From the NCBI GenBank assembly GCA_002633005.1, contig NMRA01000169.1, forward strand, positions 219,884 through 283,883: 64,000 nucleotides of DNA, in the 5' to 3' direction. Source of the stretch: Phoronis australis. Lineage: Eukaryota > Animalia > Phoronida. The position numbers and the translations under genes are program-made. Of the stretch, positions 61,201 to 64,000 are shown one piece after another. Positions within the stretch are counted from its first letter, which is position 1, and each line of letters opens with the position of its first letter. The notes under the pieces are model-generated. The model saw nothing but the letters and a program-made list of their open reading frames with translations. It searched no databases and was not told the origin of the DNA.

Positions 61201-63411
61201 TAAGAAAACCTTCTATTTGGCCAGGTAAATGTCATGGGCAATGAAGTTTATTAAATGGGGCTAGTTCTTTCGCTAGGCATGGGCATTTGAAAGCGTGAAT
61301 TTGATATTGGTGCGGGTGGAATGTGCAGAGTATTGACTCGAGTTTGAATAAGACCTGTTTATTGTAAGACACTTCACGTGCTGGTGCTCAATAAAAAATT
61401 GATAAATTGCAGACAAGGAGAGCAATACAACTTAGCATCTAAAAATCTAAAAATCTTAAGTGGGAAATTAATTTAAGCGGTGGGGTTTTACTCGAAAAAG
61501 GGGAGTTACCCAGACAAATATGGTGACCATAATTATGGTAAATTGTCACCAATTTCAGGGGGAGATAATTGCCAAAACAGTCCTTTTCTCATTTTCAAGG
61601 TCTTCTTGCAGTGTTGTGAGTGCCCAGAAGTTTTAAAAACATTAGGTGGTGGTAGATATCATCCGAAAGCTGAACATTGTAAAAAATTAATGTTTTGCTA
61701 CATGTACCTTATATTTAGTTGTATATCCAACTTCTGGGATGTATGAATTCTTTTTCAGAATTCGTTTGAATTTCCTTGACCACTATGAGGAATGGGTTGA
61801 GCAAGCCATCGATCGTGCAAATAGCGTCGTAGCTGCAAAGGTATTGATTGCGACCTTTAACCCCCAGATCATTCATGACTTCTTCATCCCTGACCTCATG
61901 AAGTGCACAATTCTTGTTGTCTGATTATTGTTGAAACCAGGCAACATCTTGGGTAACATTGCTTTGCTATACTTGCAATACATTGTAGGAATGTGAGGTC
62001 ATTCTTTATTTCAGACTTGATTTTCCCAAAACTTTGTGGAACTGGCAATCAAATTTATTGTTTAGTTCAAACTTTGGAAATTTATTGAAATTTGTTAAAA
62101 AATATGAAGCTTCCATGTTTCACTCTGAAACTATATGCTTGAGTATTTCCGTTTTATTGAGTACATAATTGAAGGCCTTATTTTTCAAATATTGTCAGTA
62201 TTACCTTCAATTGACCTTTTCCTTTCGACCTTTTCAGTATTGCCTAGCAAGTGACTATTCTTGCTAGCAGCCTTCTTGTAAATCACTCTTCGACCAGCAG
62301 CCGTCATATTAATCACTCTGTGTTGTTGCAGACAGAAGAACTGAACAGTGAACTTGACCTTCGCCTTCACCTGCACGCACCTCGTGCAAAACGAGCCGAG
62401 CTGGACGTGCATCACGTTAGAGCTGGTGAGGACACACTTGTGCCGTAGAATTGGTTTGCAATGTGTAGCTGCCATTTTGGAGAGACTGTACTCATGGGTG
62501 CTTTCCTGGCCCTAGACATTTGCAACCAGACACTACTAGTAGAGTTCCATTGAAATTCATTTATTGCAAACCCTGTTCAGTGAAAGAAACACTTTGTGGT
62601 CCACGATGATTAGCAATACATATTTCAACAGATAGTATACCATGAGAAAACTTGACTTAAGGAATGAACATGTGTTAATGTACAGTTTTCTCCCACAATT
62701 CAATATTCCAACAATCATTGTTAGCCATTTTGCTTGCATATACTAGAGTACACCTTACACTCCTTACGCACTGCACCAATAGAAACTAACGAGGTCAAAT
62801 TTTTTCGCTGAAATAAAAGCTTCTATTTCAACTCTCACAATAAACTGGTATATGCTGCACACGGATCACATAACCCCACTTTGCTTAAGGTTACGTGGGA
62901 CCCTCTAAAATGGCTATTTATATCGAACGAAATTTGGTCGTGTTATTCAGACTGTTGTTTTGCTACGGATGTACGTTTCTTTTTGCTAATTTTTACTAAA
63001 AAGACATGGTCACGTCACCCAATTTATAGGAGATCGGGATGAAGTCAAATATCCGAGTTAAAATCTATAGTTTTGTAGATGATTAACTAAATGCTGTGAC
63101 TTGTCGGTAAGGTTATTTATATCCTTTAGTCAGGCAACAATGGAACGTGAAAATTTTGGCAACCGTGTCTCGGGTACAAAATGACAAAAGATTTTCTGTG
63201 AGTAACGTGACCATTTCCCTTAACTTACAGCTGAACTGGTTATGCACAGTGAGCGTGTGTCCCGCCATTGTAAGGGAATACATCAGACTTTGACTGACCT
63301 GAAGATGGAGTTCACGGAGATGACTCACGGTCATAACAAGCTGTTTGAAAAGTTCAGAGCCGACATAGAAGAGCTGGAGGTCGTCTTTATTAATGCCACT
63401 AAGTCATCCAA
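31242..63411 (+). CDS. CCDC180: Coiled-coil domain-containing protein 180, 5' part (19 exons, ~852 aa); gene continues past the right edge
   Basis: Exons 31242-31319, 32255-32457, 33441-33529, 35376-35485, 36051-36155, 37277-37411, 38178-38273, 38866-39029, 39668-39787, 40517-40685, 41829-41951, 42866-43039, 44784-44899, 46090-46216, 46787-46930, 60598-60845, 61759-61840, 62332-62425, 63231-63411. One open frame, GT..AG introns. Motifs matching my recollection of CCDC180: NGKVYRQIFDAEVQLVKSL, IENPVLYR, REVRGLPD, MINQAVLSNKRAYADL, EANLDITMDRMRQ, ELDLRLHLHAPRAKRAELDVHHVRAAEL. An acceptor just upstream of the ATG implies a non-coding first exon. Confidence 0.92.
31818..31900 (+). mobile_element. 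Family D terminal fragment
   Basis: ttttatgtgcccacatatttatatgtggacgcattatgctgtcatctccgtccgtcc, nearly identical to 63815-63870. Confidence 0.75.
32592..32712. repeat. ~53-bp tandem repeat, ~2.4 copies
   Basis: Unit catcactgcttgaaaccagacacttcaacctgacttgttgtgacgtgtcagtt. Confidence 0.85.
32715..33057. mobile_element. Fold-back MITE-like palindrome (~165-bp arms, ~16-nt spacer)
   Basis: aggtaaataaaacaa...aagtaaaatcaaacactatatgacaattgac pairs with gtcaattgtcatatagtgtttgattttactt...ttgttttatttacct. Confidence 0.85.
33538..33645. repeat. ~55-bp tandem duplication just after the CCDC180 exon 3 donor
   Basis: gtcatagtgctgg..taaagcaaatatact..agt.gagttcacatgctaga, two copies. Confidence 0.8.
34275..35290 (-). 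mobile_element. Decayed 3' fragment of a non-LTR retrotransposon ORF2 (RTEX-like C-terminus)
   Basis: Minus-strand translation of ~34643-34505 is MVRLRCSAHAL*HLKLSRTERLCPLCVRPYVESEYHFVIECPFYDDLRK*, the RxSxHxL...CxxC...ExH...C motif of LINE ORF2 ends, with in-frame stops. Boundaries approximate. Confidence 0.8.
43356..44521. mobile_element. ~1.17-kb non-autonomous TIR element containing a family A segment
   Basis: Left aatagctcacttgcgagttt..ctgtgacgtcaccggaaagggggcaaaa mirrors right ttttgccccacttcccgtgacgtcacag..aaactcgcaaaaggcctatt. Internal 43870-44300 matches family A. Confidence 0.7.
45756..45920. mobile_element. 165-bp GC-rich MITE
   Basis: Imperfect TIRs caggggcggat / atccgccacag, with taatg on both flanks (45751-45755 and 45921-45925). 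Confidence 0.7.
50251..50455. mobile_element. 205-bp hairpin/MITE-like palindrome (~85-bp arms)
   Basis: attgagttggctacgttgcgtcctcctct is perfectly complementary to agaggaggacgcaacgtagccaactcaat; pairing continues with mismatches for ~85 nt. Confidence 0.85.
50904..52175 (-). CDS. Arrestin-domain-containing protein (alpha-arrestin/ARRDC-TXNIP family), 423 aa, uninterrupted CDS, nested antisense in CCDC180 intron 15
   Basis: Longest ORF in the window. Arrestin_N: YAPGEELKGSVVI, IKGEGTVSW, GVHEFPFYHQLPSNLPSSFIGKYGSVTYLVRA. Arrestin_C: FTPGEDIVISAEISNGS, IDVSYEL, LPIIIGT. An acceptor 43 nt upstream of the ATG (ctacag|G at 52218) implies untranslated 5' exon(s). Confidence 0.93.
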   Translation of the reverse strand: MLQYPAGYYSLRTKKIQSVDIALEHDIDEQYQYAPGEELKGSVVIKLNESVKVNNIQLQIKGEGTVSWDHAERNKTCAATETYIDISETLVRSSDGESLLLSKGVHEFPFYHQLPSNLPSSFIGKYGSVTYLVRATMNPERKYGDQTITSEPFLVLRPLDLARYPDKLLSYECDAEKKYYGICCFSGKLKVMLQTNRQAFTPGEDIVISAEISNGSPKLVTALQVSFIMNSIFYAQKEMMTNTQIISKKRDEYELTIGEGRRWNSVHLAIPPYVPETQLDYSRLIDVSYELLFQVELHGCTGMNILLPIIIGTRGLPANFIPMENGIDRRHSKQNPLWHPMEHQQRHDETTLDPETYEPLPEKEDSEIGSINMEDFSYGDDRFQSKAPKANNNYGGARYYAKKKKRQAPTVPSDDRYHESTHL

Positions 63412-63814
63412 GTGAGTGATTGTTTTAACATGTCATTTACTTGGTTATCCCCAATCCAAAAGTTTGTGTTAACATCATTTATGTGGTTTACTTGGTTAGT
63501 GCCAAACTATGACTGCTTGTTTAAACACAATTTATGTCATTTATTTAGTTACTGTCAATCTGAGCACAGAAGCCATATCAAGGAACTGAATAACCTCTGA
63601 ACGGTATATTTCTCTCACCATAACCTTCTATAAACGTGCGATTACTTCCAATTTTAAATAAAACTATGAATTAATATTCCGTGATTGCTTGGAAGTCTTA
63701 ATGGCTATTATAAGCAAATATCAGTAGTGCTTCTAACCTACAGAATGAATGAATGATACAATTTCCAAATCTTTGCAAAAATTTCATGTCCAGATGTTAA
63801 GGCAGCCCTTAGTC

Positions 63815-64000
63815 ATTTTTATGCGCCCACATATTTATATGTGGATGCATTATGCCGTCATCTCCGTCCGGCATCCGGTGTCCACTGCTCTATCTCCAAA
63901 ATGCCTTGACATATGTTCATGAAATTTTTCACGTGTTCCTTCTGTGGATGGGACGGCATGAGCGAACTTTCGAACAGATCCGACTATCGGTGTGCCCCCT
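63815..64000 (+). mobile_element. Family D element start, truncated by the window edge
   Basis: tttttatgcgcccacatatttatatgtggatgcattatgccgtcatctccgtccgg; ends in gtgtgccccct, the complement of the subrepeat motif. Confidence 0.75.

Overview
AT-rich, intron-rich eukaryotic genomic DNA from an animal, probably a marine invertebrate; the species cannot be fixed from sequence alone. Most entries in the ORF track are spurious. By manual splicing I recover five genes: (1) the first coding exon of an uncharacterised minus-strand gene (3676-3480) running off the left edge; (2) head-to-head with it, a complete 3-exon, 173-aa ankyrin-repeat protein with a GKK-rich polybasic tail (3975-10527); (3) a complete 9-exon PSMD5/S5b proteasome-assembly chaperone on the minus strand (28019-11332, 505 aa); (4) the first 19 coding exons (~852 aa) of CCDC180 on the plus strand (31242 to beyond the right edge); (5) an alpha-arrestin with an uninterrupted CDS (52175-50904), nested antisense in the 13.7-kb intron 15 of CCDC180. 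Non-coding DNA holds many palindromic/TIR MITE-like elements, a decayed LINE, Helentron/DINE-like repeats with a ~145-bp periodic array of CTCF-like motifs, and a ~2-kb fold-back in ankyrin intron 1. An ~880-bp duplication around the single N at 15506 is most likely an assembly artefact. No rRNA, tRNA or CRISPR array was seen. All alignments were made by eye.
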